Below are positions 1 through 11,615 of a stretch of 64,000 nt of DNA, piece after piece (position 1 is the first letter of the stretch; each line of letters begins with the position of its first letter). The DNA comes from Podarcis filfolensis. Taxonomy: Eukaryota. The stretch is taken from NCBI GenBank assembly GCA_964270895.1, contig OZ185436.1, one strand, 5' to 3'. A program made the position numbers and the translations under genes. A model generated the notes under the pieces. The model worked only from the letters and a program-made list of their open reading frames with translations, was not told the origin of the DNA and did no database searches.

Positions 1-163
1 AGGGTGGAGGCTTGTCTGTTCTACGGACCTTTCGCCTTATGAGAGTCCTGAAACTGGTCCGTTTCATGCCTGCTCTCCAGCGCCAGCTGGTGGTGCTCAT
101 GAAAACAATGGACAATGTCGCCACATTCTGCATGTTGCTGATGCTTTTCATATTTATCTTCAG
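1..163 (+). CDS. CACNA1G: CACNA1G exon ~11 (5'-partial), domain II S4-S5
   Basis: Frame from nt 3 reads [53 protein letters not shown](S), an S4 voltage sensor; donor AG|gtaggt at 163/164, phase 2. The acceptor is upstream of the window. Confidence 0.96.
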
Positions 164-747
164 GTAGGTACTTAAATGAGCCCCTGCATTCCCTTTCGAA
201 GCCTGTCGTGTCTGTGCTTTGAGGTGGAATCAGCCAATATTAATTTATGTGCCATGGCAAAACAGTACAAGTTGCTAAGATGGAAAGTGATTTAATGTAC
301 AGTGCTACAACTCTGCATATTTTGAAAATGGTAGTGAAAATGGTCTTTCCCTCACCTGAGTGGTGTAGTATGCTTCTACTTCTGATGGCTTTAACCCTGA
401 AACTCCCCAGGCTGAGCAACACTTTGGTTTTTAGTTTGTGAACCCTCAAGAGTCCAACAGTCTTCATAATGTGAGAGTTTTCAAACTTTTTCGTTCCAAC
501 AAATGAAGCCTTATCATATATGAGCCTTCAACTGCTAGTCACCACAGGGCATGGTGTCAGAGCTCAGCGAAAGTAGCTTACTAAAAGCTGAATTCCCTTT
601 TCTTTCTTTTCTTTGTCCTTCCATGAGTAGTGGGGTGCAGGAGTAAGAAACTTCACTCCAAACATTATTTGCTAAGATGGAAGAGTCTCTCTTCCAATAC
701 CATCTTGTTCTTCTTCTTTAATATACTCATTTCCCCCTTTCATTCAG

Positions 748-862
748 TATTCTTGGGATGCATCTCTTTGGCTGTAAATTTGCTTCAGAGAGAGATGGAG
801 ACACTCTTCCCGACAGGAAGAACTTTGATTCCTTGCTCTGGGCCATCGTTACTGTTTTCCAG
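748..862 (+). CDS. CACNA1G: CACNA1G exon ~12, domain II S5-pore loop
   Basis: tttcattcag|T ATT CTT...; (S)[38 protein letters not shown]; donor CAG|gtaatg; 115 nt, phase 2 to 0 fits neighbours. Confidence 0.97.
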
Positions 863-1054
863 GTAATGCAACCATTATGGCTAACAGTTATTTATTTCAC
901 AGTGTTTATATATTGGTTGATGGTAATCAAATCTCAAAGAGGTTTAAAAAAAATAATTCAAATTGGTTTACAGAAAGAATAAGCAAGCACCTATCCCTTG
1001 AAGAGATAACAGCTTGAGATTCTCCAAAATGTCATACTGAATACTGAGAGAGAG

Positions 1055-1197
1055 CACGTGCTATTTTTTTCTTGAAAAAGAGGTGCCGGAACTCACCATG
1101 AACGCCTCCCTCATTCTCTTATAATGTCAATGGTGCCCACCTGAGAGGCTAAAATGGCAATGGCACCCACTGAGTTCCAGCTGGGGAAAAAGCCCTG
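1055..1197. mobile_element. Short non-autonomous DNA element (hAT-like MITE, family A copy 1)
   Basis: Degenerate TIR-like ends (cacgtgctatttttttc ... gaaaaagccctg); clearly homologous to 3012-3147 (gaaaaagag.tgcc.gaa.tcaccatgaac...gagttcc...gctggggaaaaagccc). Confidence 0.6.
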
Positions 1198-1511
1198 GAG
1201 AGATCTATAAGCATTTTGGGAGTAGGAGTGGGGAATGCCTGCTCATAAAATACAGAACCTACTTAAGTTTTGGTTTTCCAGATGCAGTTTTTAGAAACCA
1301 GTGTCTTTGCAGAATTTATGTTTTTGTTGTCTGAAATGCTGATGTGAATGACAAGCTTTAAAATGGCAAAGAATTGAAATAATTTATTCAAAGAACAAAA
1401 TATGCTTGTTCACCTCAACTGAGCAGGACAAACTAACTTTAAGAGAGTGCAAATGATCTGTGCTTCTATCTCCCTTAACGTGCCCTCCCCTTCCCCCGCC
1501 CCCCAATCTAG

Positions 1512-1667
1512 ATACTGACTCAGGAAGACTGGAATAAAGTCCTGTACAACGGCATGGCTTCTACCTCTTCCTGGGCTGCCCTCTACTTCATTGCCCTCAT
1601 GACATTCGGAAACTACGTTCTCTTTAACTTGTTGGTTGCCATCTTGGTGGAAGGTTTTCAAACAGAG
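1512..1667 (+). CDS. CACNA1G: CACNA1G exon ~13, domain II pore (filter E) and S6
   Basis: aatctag|ATA CTG; [52 protein letters not shown]; donor GAG|gtaacg; 156 nt. Confidence 0.97.
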
Positions 1668-3011
1668 GTAACGCCTTGAATAACTTATTTATCTTCATGC
1701 TTGCTATTAGGTAGTACGGAGGATTTAGAACCCCCATTATCTTATGAGTAGATCTGGCAAACAGAACAAAAGGAAACATGTAGCACTAACATTGCCTTCC
1801 TTAACAAATACTTCAGTACAATATAAACCAAACGCTTTAGCTTCTATCAAAGGCTAAACTGAAAATAGCCAGCATTATTATAGATGCAGAATTTATGCAA
1901 TAAGTACTGGATGGAATGAATGCAATGCCAGTGCCTTTGAACCAGGCTTTGTTGCATTTAGGAGCCAAATTAAAAGCAACCCCATAAAAGCATGGACAAA
2001 GTTGGAAGAGGAGTGATGTTGCTGCCTTTCTTGCTGTTGTTCCTTAGTGAATGTCTTTCTTCCTCCTTAAGTGCAACACTTTGGCATATATTTTTTCAGT
2101 TCCAATTCCCCCCCCCCCCGCCCCCATCTCTATGGACCGATTTGCTAGAAGCTGGATCTTTTGCTAACTAAACTTCCTCTCTGCCACCATCTGCAGGCAG
2201 CTGGAAAGCAAATCTTTGAACAGAGTTTGGCCTCCATGTCTTACTGGCAGGCTGCTTTATAACGTAGCTGAGTCCTCTTAAAACTAGCCCCCAAGCAGTT
2301 CTCCCTGCAGCTGGGGCTGGTGGACAAAAATCTAGTCTCAGAGCAGTAAACTGTCATAGTGAAGGTCTAAAGGCAACATTATTCTGCATGACTTCCCAAG
2401 CATGCCTTTTGATTTTGGGCTTTGTTCAGCAGCGTCTAGTGGTAGCATGGGTTCTAAATTAAAGTGTTGTTGATAATATAGGTGTGACAGGAGAATAACA
2501 ACCATTGAGGTCTGTCACCTTTTTTGCCATCATATTCATTCACACTATAAAAACCCATTTAGAAACGCTGCTATGCTTTTTATTTATTTCTTTCAAGTGC
2601 AGTTTAAGGAGAAGATTTATGGGAGCCTCTTAGGGCAATGCAGCTGGAGTGGCTGTTTATTTGTTTTTAATCATATCTTTCCCAAGTGCTTTTATTTCAT
2701 TTATGTCGTTTCTGCTTGGTATCATGCCCATGTCTCCATGTAATAGTATTTTTTTCCATCTTCGATAACCTAGGAAGGGGTCATTGCGCCAATCCTTTCT
2801 TTCTCAAGGAGTGGGAGATATATCACACTTCAGGCAGTAAATGCACAACCACCTCCTGGCTCTTGCCCAAATGGTTACAGGATTCTTTACTCTTGAGTGT
2901 GTTGGTCCTAGCAAGTCTACCTGCCTAGAATGTCTCTTGCCGCTAGTTACTGGTTTGCTATGAACGTTTGCTGTTGGTTTGGTATGAATGGCCTGAAATT
3001 AATATGGTGCC

Positions 3012-3147
3012 CAGTACTATTTTCTAGAAAAAGAGATGCCAGAAATCACCATGAACTCCTCCTTTGTTCTCTTCTAATGGCAATGGCACCCACCTGAGAG
3101 GTGCCAAAACTGAGTTCCGGTGAATTGCAGCTGGGGAAAAAGCCCAG
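3012..3147. mobile_element. Short non-autonomous DNA element (family A copy 2)
   Basis: Same-orientation homolog of 1055-1197; begins cagtactattttctagaaaaagag, ends gaaaaagcccag. Confidence 0.6.
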
Positions 3148-3760
3148 ATGGTACCCTTAGGTCTAAAGGACATAAATCAGTCAAAATAAAAACAAATCTG
3201 AGGTTCTCTTCCCCACCACCACCAAAAATACTGGCTACGCCCATGAAAGGACATGTACAGAACACAAACAGATTTGCTATTTCTTTGTGGTCAGGATGTC
3301 CCCTGAAGTGAGTCAGCAAAACTCTATGAATTCTTACACAGATTTAGGATGTTTCCTTCTTTCTTAATTTTTGTTCTATTTAAAAACAAATCAAACAGCC
3401 TTCAAGTTTCAATCGTTCTTTTCCTTCCTTACAACGTGCTTTGCGTACAAGTAACCCTCTTTCAAATAAAGTAGCAAATAAAGTAGCAAGGTTTACTGCT
3501 GTCTTGTCACGTGAACCTTTTTTTTTTAAAAAAAAAAAGCTCAAATACTTTTTGCTCCTTTAAGTGCCCCAACCCACCCACTTATTTGAGATTTCTCTCT
3601 GGAAACTTCTCTCGATGTTGCGGTTGGTTTTATCTTTGTGATCCTCAAGTGCCTTTCTTCAACTCTGGAAACACTTTGTTAATTTTAGTGCCTGACTGTG
3701 CAGGACCCTTTTGTTGCTAAGCAGCAGGCAAACATACAAAAGAATGGGGCTGCTCTAAAA

Positions 3761-3786
3761 CACACACACACACACACACACACACA
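3761..3786. repeat. (CA)13 microsatellite
   Basis: Direct reading. Confidence 0.95.
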
Positions 3787-5221
3787 ACTTTAAAACATAA
3801 GCCTAGCTGGTGCCTCATGCAAGATGCACACATAACACGTTCCCTGCAGCATGCAAGTGGCTTATTTATTTATTTATGCTCAGTCTGAATTTTGTGTCTG
3901 AATTTGAAGCAGTTGTAAGTTGTGCAATAAGAGGAGTGCGACTCTGTTTTACAGAGCTGGTAATGCAAAAATTACTGGCTGAGCTGTCAGGTCTGTACCC
4001 TAGGGGATATATCGGGGGGGGGAGACATTGGCTTCTGGTGAGAGAGCTTTCTGTCGGAGATAAAGCTTCTCTCCTGAGGGACTTCATGATAATATTATCT
4101 ATGAAGCATATTATTCCATTGGTAATCTTTTCATGTTACCTACAGTTTCTGCGCTTGTCTCAGGCAATCCTTAGTGGCTGGCTCATCTCATATCCCTCTT
4201 TTGTGTCAGTTATTCTTCAAATTTGTACCCTACCACAAAACAACCTATGAGCAAGGGAATGGTAGCTGTGTGTAAATAATTAAGATTCATAATAGTAGTC
4301 ATACCGTGCCTAAACTATGTGTGGGAACAGAGCCTGAGAAAGGAGGAAGGAAATTATGAGCTATTTTACAATCATCTCTTGGTAGCGCTTTTGGAATGGG
4401 TTGGCCATGCCTTATACTTAAAACACACTTCTATCACAAAATTGTCCTTTAAAAAGCAGCTGATATATGTATATTTTACTATTCTGCTTAGGTCCAAATT
4501 TTTGACCAGTCATCCTTTCAATTGGTTCTAATTTACTGACATCATTACCCTGGAAATTAACCGTACTGTCACCAAATATGGCAGGCAAGAGAAAATTAAA
4601 TCCTTAGCTAACAAATTGAAACTTGCATGAAAACATTGCCGTTTTGTACAACAAAGTCAGACTGATTATGTCCAACATATTTTATCCCCCTTGAACAGCA
4701 GACACATATCCCTTTCTATATCAAAACCTTAAAGGTGGTTTACTATGTGGCATTGGGAAGTGGAGGTGGGGGCTTCTGCTTGAGAAACACACTTGATCTT
4801 ATGAAACAGATATAAAAATGCATTACTGTTAATACTGTGCTATATACAAACAAGCAATAAATGAAAGAAGAATTCTTTGGAACACTTAATTTGAAGGTAA
4901 GGTTGATTCCTCCCCCCCCCCCCCATGAAGGATGTTCAACAGCTTGAACTATCCTTTGTACAGAGCAAATATGAAGGCATCAGACGACTCAGGTGTAGTC
5001 TGACCTGTTCCACTGCTTCTCCTTGATACGAAATTGACCCCAATGGGTGCCTTCCCTTTTCTCTCACTTTTCCCTTTTTGTTTCCATCCTTTTTATACCG
5101 ATATCGTTCCCCCTTTGATCCACTCTCTCAATTTTGATGTTGAAATTTGTAAAACCTGTAAACCCGCCTTCCCTTCCTTCCCTGCCCCTTTCCTCACCCT
5201 CCTTCCTCATTTTTACTTCAG

Positions 5222-5290
5222 GAAATCACCAAACGGGAAGCAGCGAGTAGGCAGTTAAGCTGTATTCAGCTGCCTGTCGACTCGTCAGTG
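5222..5290 (+). CDS. CACNA1G: CACNA1G cassette exon 14 (insertion e), II-III linker
   Basis: acttcag|GAA ATC; [23 protein letters not shown] (23 aa, 69 nt, phase 0-0); donor GTG|gtatgt. Resembles the human Cav3.1 insert [23 protein letters not shown] (recalled). Confidence 0.92.
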
Positions 5291-7686
5291 GTATGTAAGA
5301 CCTTGGCATGAACACCCCAAACTTCGTCTGATAGTTGTCTCTCTCTCTCTCTTTTTCTCTCATTCTCTCCCTCTGTGGTGAACAATCACATCATTGCCAC
5401 TGTTCTCATCATGGTAGCTGTTTGGTTTTGGACTTGTTGTTGTTGTCAAGTTAGCCTTGATTTAAAGTCTCTTCCTTCTTTGAGGGAATTAACCCTCTTA
5501 ATAATTAACCCCTTAATAATTGAGAACCTGTTCTGGATTCCTTCCTTCCTCCCTAGTGAGATTTTTCTTCACAAGTTTCTGGTTTCTCCCTAAAAGATAG
5601 ATGCCATTTAAAATAATATTTGCATATGGAAGTTCAGTTTCATGCCTTGGCCAGTGCTCTCCAAGCCCTAGATATGCTTGAGCAACATGCTGCCTGTGAC
5701 TCCATGGATCCAGGTTTTGATTTCCGTCGGGATCACTGGGATTTGCTTGCATTTACTACGCTAATGCACTTGCCCTTAGGCATGTAGATTGGTTTCATGT
5801 TCATGGAGAGATACAAATTGTTATATCTACTTTCTCAATATAAAATTGTTTTATCTACTTATTACCAATGGCAGGGCTGTACTAGCTTAGGCCCAGAGAC
5901 CATTCAAGTCACTGAGAGACTGCCCATTGGATTAAAGTGAATTCTAAGATAACGTGACCCATATTGTTTTCAGCATATTCTTGACCTTGCACAGGGTTTA
6001 CAAACAGGCTGTTAACTGCTTTGCATACCACACCCAGTTCTTGTTAAAAGAGAGAGAGAGAGATTAAAGAAACCCCTCAAAGACAGAAGAGACCTAAAAT
6101 CAAGAACGTTTTGTGGATGCTCATGTGTGAGACAACTCTGTTCTGGAAAAGTTAGTGCTAAAATCGAGGCAGCTGCAATAAATGCTGGTGTCTTTAAAAC
6201 AAAAAACAAAACTGCAGATAACTTGGGCAATAATCTCTGAGCAAAATCCCCCAGTCTAGGGTATGTAGGAAAGGTCAGAACAAGTTTTAATACTCCTACT
6301 CTTTCATAGAGTTATGATGTGCTGATGGACCTAAATCCTAACAATGTTCTGTATGCTAACAGTGTTTTCTTTATATTAAAAAAACAACAACCCAGAATGA
6401 TGACACAAAAGCTATGTCAAATGTTGACATACTGAAAGTCTACAAGGCTGCATTTATTTCCATGAAATCAAGCACTTCATAAATTGTGCTTCCCTTTCCA
6501 TAGCCTATTCCTGCCATGTGTCTATCGTTTCCCATTTTTTCTCCATTTCCATTCAGCATTGGAAGCAGCAGCTTTTATTTAGATGAAAAGCCTCTTGTGT
6601 TATAGCCAGATACTGCTTTCCCTACATATTGTATATCTCTAATACCCTGTAGGCCATCTCAAAGTACTTGTGCTTCTAGAAAAAAAAAGATTTAAACTCT
6701 GCATTCACTCATACGATGCCTTTTTCATCCAGAAAGGCAAACTGGGAGTGCAAAAACAGGTAATATCTATTGGAGCCCTGGTGGGTGATGCTTCTCTGCA
6801 GCTAAACTTAGTGCTTAGTGTACTGACAAAGGTGCTGGTATATTATTTGGCAGGGGTGCTTTATTTCAAAGAAAACATGGGGTTTGGTGCTGCAGGGCTG
6901 GAGGATAAAAGTATCTCCCCCCCTGTTCTTTATTTATATTTTTAGGAACTCAAACTAAATCATGAAAAGATATAACAAATTTCAGTCTGAGGATCTTAAT
7001 CCAGCTTCACTCTAAAAACCACCAAGTAGTTAATTAATTAACCTCTCTTTTATTCATACTTTTCCACATACATAGTAGTTTGGCTCTGGACATTTGTGCT
7101 AATATAGTTGCTTGCAATGTGATATTTTATGCAATGTCATATCGTGCTTTGGCACATTTCCTCATCGAAAACACTTTATTTTTCTGAAGCAGCAAGTCTT
7201 ATAAAGGCACATATCTGAACAGGAATTTCTCTCATTTTTGCTTGAAGCATTAGTGAGAAATTGGAATTGCAGAAAAATGGACTGCCAAACTGAAGAAACC
7301 CCCCATGGAGTTATTTCAGGAGTTTCCCAGGTTTAAACAGAGCCCATCATACTCCTGTATCATATTCATTTTGAAGCATATAAACACAACTGACCTTTTA
7401 GAGATAATTAAGTGAGCCATTTATCTCCACTAAATAGCATAATAAGTTATTGTTGAGGAAACGTATTTAATGCATTGGCTGATTGAAAGAAGCAATGCAG
7501 CTATTTTACAGCAATGCTATTAATTCTGGGCATCATCTCAACAGGGGGCAGCTTCAGTTAGGACTCCATATTTTAAATCTCAAGAGATACAAAATAGATA
7601 AAAGATGATACCTTATGCTGGACCAAATTCTTTTGGTGTTAAGAGATCAGTTGATCATGAAGCTTTGTGATACTTCTGCATTTAAA

Positions 7687-7857
7687 CTGGGGATGGAGAA
7701 CCTGTAGCCCTCTGGAAGTTACCAAAAGGCTACAGAGTAAAGAAAAAAAGGGGGGAGAGGTAAAACTCCCATTATCGCTGACTATTGGCCATGCTAGCTA
7801 GGGCTGATGTGAATTAAAGCCCAACAAAATCTGAAAGGTTTGAGATTCACCACTCTG
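7687..7857. mobile_element. Degenerate hAT-type MITE (family B)
   Basis: ctggggatggagaacctgtagccctctgg ... gagattcaccactctg; resembles the intact copies at 57802 and 63808; no TSD left. Confidence 0.45.
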
Positions 7858-9990
7858 CCCTGACTTAAAGTAATAAGCATTAGATCAAGTAAGAAACATC
7901 ACCCTGTCCTTCCCTATTGCTATGCCTCTTGTTATCTATGAAAGCATGGTTAAATCATGTCTAAACCACTAATGAATTGATCCATTAATTGTGGAGATTA
8001 ATAGATTACTGCTTCTAATCCTGTTTTAATTATTGTCTTAAATAAATCAGTTCATCTTTAGTATACTGTTGGGAAACTTTCCAAGAGGAGAAGTCAGGTT
8101 GATTCTGTGTCACAAAAAAACTAATTAGTTTAAGTCCCTTTTAATGGAATACATTCCTCAACAATCCTCACCTACCATAATAGGGGGAGACTGAGTATTT
8201 CTAAATAGACCTAATGCCCTACATACAGACCTGGTGAAGATGCAGGATTTTGTGTTTATATGCACTCTCTGTTTTGATGAAGAAGCATCTTTGAGAAAAA
8301 GTTCAAAGCTTGATTGGAGAAAAAATACGTTATGTGCTCAGCTACATAGATAAACAGACACAGGCACTTAATTAGAGAAAATAAAGGTCATTTATGTTGA
8401 TGATGTGCCCTGTACTCTTTAATCAGGCAAAAATTGTTTTCAAAAGCCAGCCATTTAGCATTATCCTCCCAACTACTGCCCATTCTGCTTTTCATGTTTT
8501 GCCCAAGCACCAAATGTCATCAGGGTGAGCCAAGGCTTTTTAGAACAGCAATGTAGACTTTGTTGTACTTTGCTGTGGTAGTTGCCTTACTTTAGCTAGA
8601 AAATTAGGAAAGTAAAAATTTGCTTGGCTTCTCTGTTATCGCTGCATCAACTTCTTCCACTGACCACATCAAACTCCCTGGAGACTACTCTTCTCTGGAA
8701 TTATGATTTCTTCAGGAAATCAGACTGGAATAATTATTGTATATGCTATTCCTGGCTTATATTTTTGGGTTATAACACTCTCCCATCTACCACCACATGT
8801 GCCAGTGAATTGGATCAGAGGACTGAAGGGGAAGGTAATGAGGGCCCTTTGTTTATGATGCCTGGTCTTAGAAACCTATCAGTGAAGCAAATGGCAGAGG
8901 CTAATGAGCAAGTGAATTATTTAACATGGAATTGGAAGATGCTCTAGGCCATCCTCTAATAGGGACAAGCTTTTTGTCAGCTTCAAGCTTCTAATTTGTT
9001 AGACAGGACTTGCCCAAGTGGTAAAACCCCGTTGTCCATAACCAAGTGATCCAGAGCTTACTATTTCAGTCATGTAGCCCCATGTCACTGCTCTTCATTG
9101 GCAACCAGATAGGATATATATATTTTCTTCAAGCCATTCAAATAAATGAATTCACACTACTAATCAATAGATTGTACCAGTCTAAATTTCGTAAAAGTCT
9201 ATCTTTATTATTGAACTTGTATTCTACCCTTCCTCCCAAAGGATAGCTAAACAATAGAAAGTGTCCTCCCAAAAATGTTTTGACTGCAGATTTTTGTATT
9301 GTTAACTATTTTTGAAAAAGCTGCATGCAGCAATCAGATTAGAGGCTGCCCACTTAGTTGGACTTTCTTCTATATATTCCCATTTTCCAGTATCGTCACC
9401 CATATTCCCTTACCCACTGTAATCACCAAGGTACATTTTCAGATTCCTGGTTAAAATCTTGATTATTTTGTATATTATCAATAATGATAATAATTAGTGA
9501 ATCGCCTTCCATGTATATGTCTCAATGCAATTTGCAAACATCTTATTTAAAAAATCAATTTCAGCAAGAAGCATTTTGACTTCCTGTGAATGTAGGTGCA
9601 TGAGGAATTCGTCTGAATAGCTAGGAAAGTAAGTTAAGAATAGAGTCTAATTTTACTTGGCCAATAGAGCATTTACCGGTAGCTGTGTTTCGGTCTGAGA
9701 TTCCAACTGATGGAGGTTAAACAGTTTGTTCCTGCCCCATTCAAGTCTTTAGCTGCTTTTGAATCAAATGTAGCCTCTCTGCCCTTCCTGAAGGATTACT
9801 GCATAGTGAATTGATGTGCTATCAATATATGCATGCATCATTTTGTGGAAGGTGATGTCCCATTGTGGTAACAATTTCAGTGGAACAGTGGATATCTTGT
9901 TGGGTGAAAGGACCCTTTTATTCAGAAGGGGAATCCTGAGTTAACTATCGCTTTTCATCCTGTTTGCTAAAGCACTTTGTTTTGATCTAG

Positions 9991-10081
9991 GGTGATGCTA
10001 CTAAATCTGATTCTGAAGGGGAGCTTTTCCCCCGTAGTCTGGAAGAAGACTGTGGGCTTAAGAACTTCTCAAATCCAGCCT
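9991..10081 (+). CDS. CACNA1G: CACNA1G exon ~15, II-III linker
   Basis: ttgatctag|GGT GAT; GDATKSDSEGELFPRSLEEDCGLKNFSNPA(L); donor CCT|gtaagt; 91 nt, phase 0 to 1. Confidence 0.9.
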
Positions 10082-10791
10082 GTAAGTAGCTGCTGCTCCT
10101 TCAAGGAGAACTGTTTTTCATTTTAGTATGAATAGCGGGTGTTGTTTTTCTTGAACGTCTAACTCCAGAATAGTCTCACTTTGAACTAATGTGATTTTGA
10201 TTCAAAAGAGAACATAATTGAATGATTGTAATCAAAAGAATTCAGAAAGGAAAGTCCTGTTTGGTGGCCTTAAAAATTTCATACATGACTTACAGACCAT
10301 TAGCTTAATGGGCCGATCTCTTAATGGGGGTGTAGGGAAGAAGACTTGATACTGCTGTATATCATCTGGGATCAATGGGTATTGTAGTCCAACCTCATCA
10401 TGACATCAGGTTGGAGAAGCCTACTGCACATTATGTTGCTCCTTCCCCCTGCCCAAGCTGCTTACCTTTAAGGGTGCTGTTAAAGACTATCCACCAGAAA
10501 AGGGAGACTGGTCTTGTTGGTATCTCTCAATGGGAATGGAAGAAGCAGAGCACAGCTACTTGTAATTCATGTGTATTTAGGAAAAGTGATCAGAGGTAAA
10601 TGAAAGAGAGTAGAGTACAAGAAGTGTACAAACAGAAAAATGTGAAACTCATACAAGGGTGGAAGAGATGAGGAGGAGAAACCCCTTTAGATCAGAAGCA
10701 CATGGCACCAAGTTGGCATCAAGACCTTGACACATGCATTCACGTGCCTCCACCCTTAGGGTATGACTTAAATGTCCTTTGTTTTTCTCAG

Positions 10792-10976
10792 TGATGGCTC
10801 TTTGTGACCACCCAGAGCTAAAGAAGAGCTTAACACCTCCGCTCATCATCCACACCGCCGCTACACCAATGCCCATGCCGAAAAGTGCCATCTATGGGGA
10901 AGCGGCTCAAGGCTATGATTCCCGAAGAGCTAGTAGCATCTCCATGGATCCTAATACATATGATCTCAAATCTCCG
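10792..10976 (+). CDS. CACNA1G: CACNA1G exon ~16, II-III linker
   Basis: tttttctcag|TG ATG; (L)MALCDHPELKKSLTPPLIIHTAATPMPMPKSAIYGEAAQGYDSRRASSISMDPNTYDLKSP; PPLIIHTAATP is a Cav3 linker motif; donor CCG|gtacgt; 185 nt. Confidence 0.94.
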
Positions 10977-11168
10977 GTACGTAAGTTGTTTTTCTTGTCA
11001 CGCTGTTTGTTTCTTGTCTTAGCGGTTGTTTCCAAGGGTGTGACATACCAGAGCACCTACTGTGATGTTTGATGGCTTGAGGCCTTGCTAATTGAGTGCA
11101 GGCCCCAGGTGGTTATTGTTTAGCACCTGGCTTGGTTTTCTTACCTGTTCTTCGCTGCTTTGCCCCAG

Positions 11169-11615
11169 GTGAGCGCCCGGAGTTCCCCACACAGTCCTTG
11201 GAGTGCCGGAGGTAGCTGGAACAGCCGCAGGTCAAGCTGGAACAGCATAGGGCGGGCTCCCAGCTTGAAACGTCGCAACCAAAGTGGAGAGCGCAAGTCA
11301 CTTTTGTCCGGGGATGGGAAGCAGAGTTCAGAGGAAGGGGAAAGCTCTGATGAAGAGCAGTCCAGTCGGACTGGGAGCATTAATGGCACTATACCTCACC
11401 GCATTGAGTCACTGGAAACCAAAGGCTCTTTTGACTTCCAAGATACCCTTCAGGTGCCTTCTCTATACCGGACCAGCAGCATACACAGTAGCCACACCTC
11501 CGCATCAGAGCACCAAGATTGCAATGGTAAAACAGCCTCCAGAGTTCTGATACAGCAGCTTCATTTGGAAGATCCGCTTCCTGAGTGTGACGATATGGAT
11601 GATGAAGGCAACTTG
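11169..11615 (+). CDS. CACNA1G: CACNA1G exon ~17, II-III linker
   Basis: gccccag|GTG AGC; [36 protein letters not shown]...[11 protein letters not shown]...DDEGNL; donor TTG|gtaagt; 447 nt, phase 0-0; in frame with track ORF 11160..11639. Confidence 0.95.

Noticed and set aside
3810-4250. 146-aa plus-strand ORF in intron 13
   Set aside because: No recognisable motif or exon-like splice structure; expected by chance.
11102-11171. gccccaggtg repeated 60 nt upstream of the exon 17 acceptor as an in-frame alternative acceptor
   Set aside because: No pyrimidine tract before it, and the extension reads VVIV* with an immediate stop.
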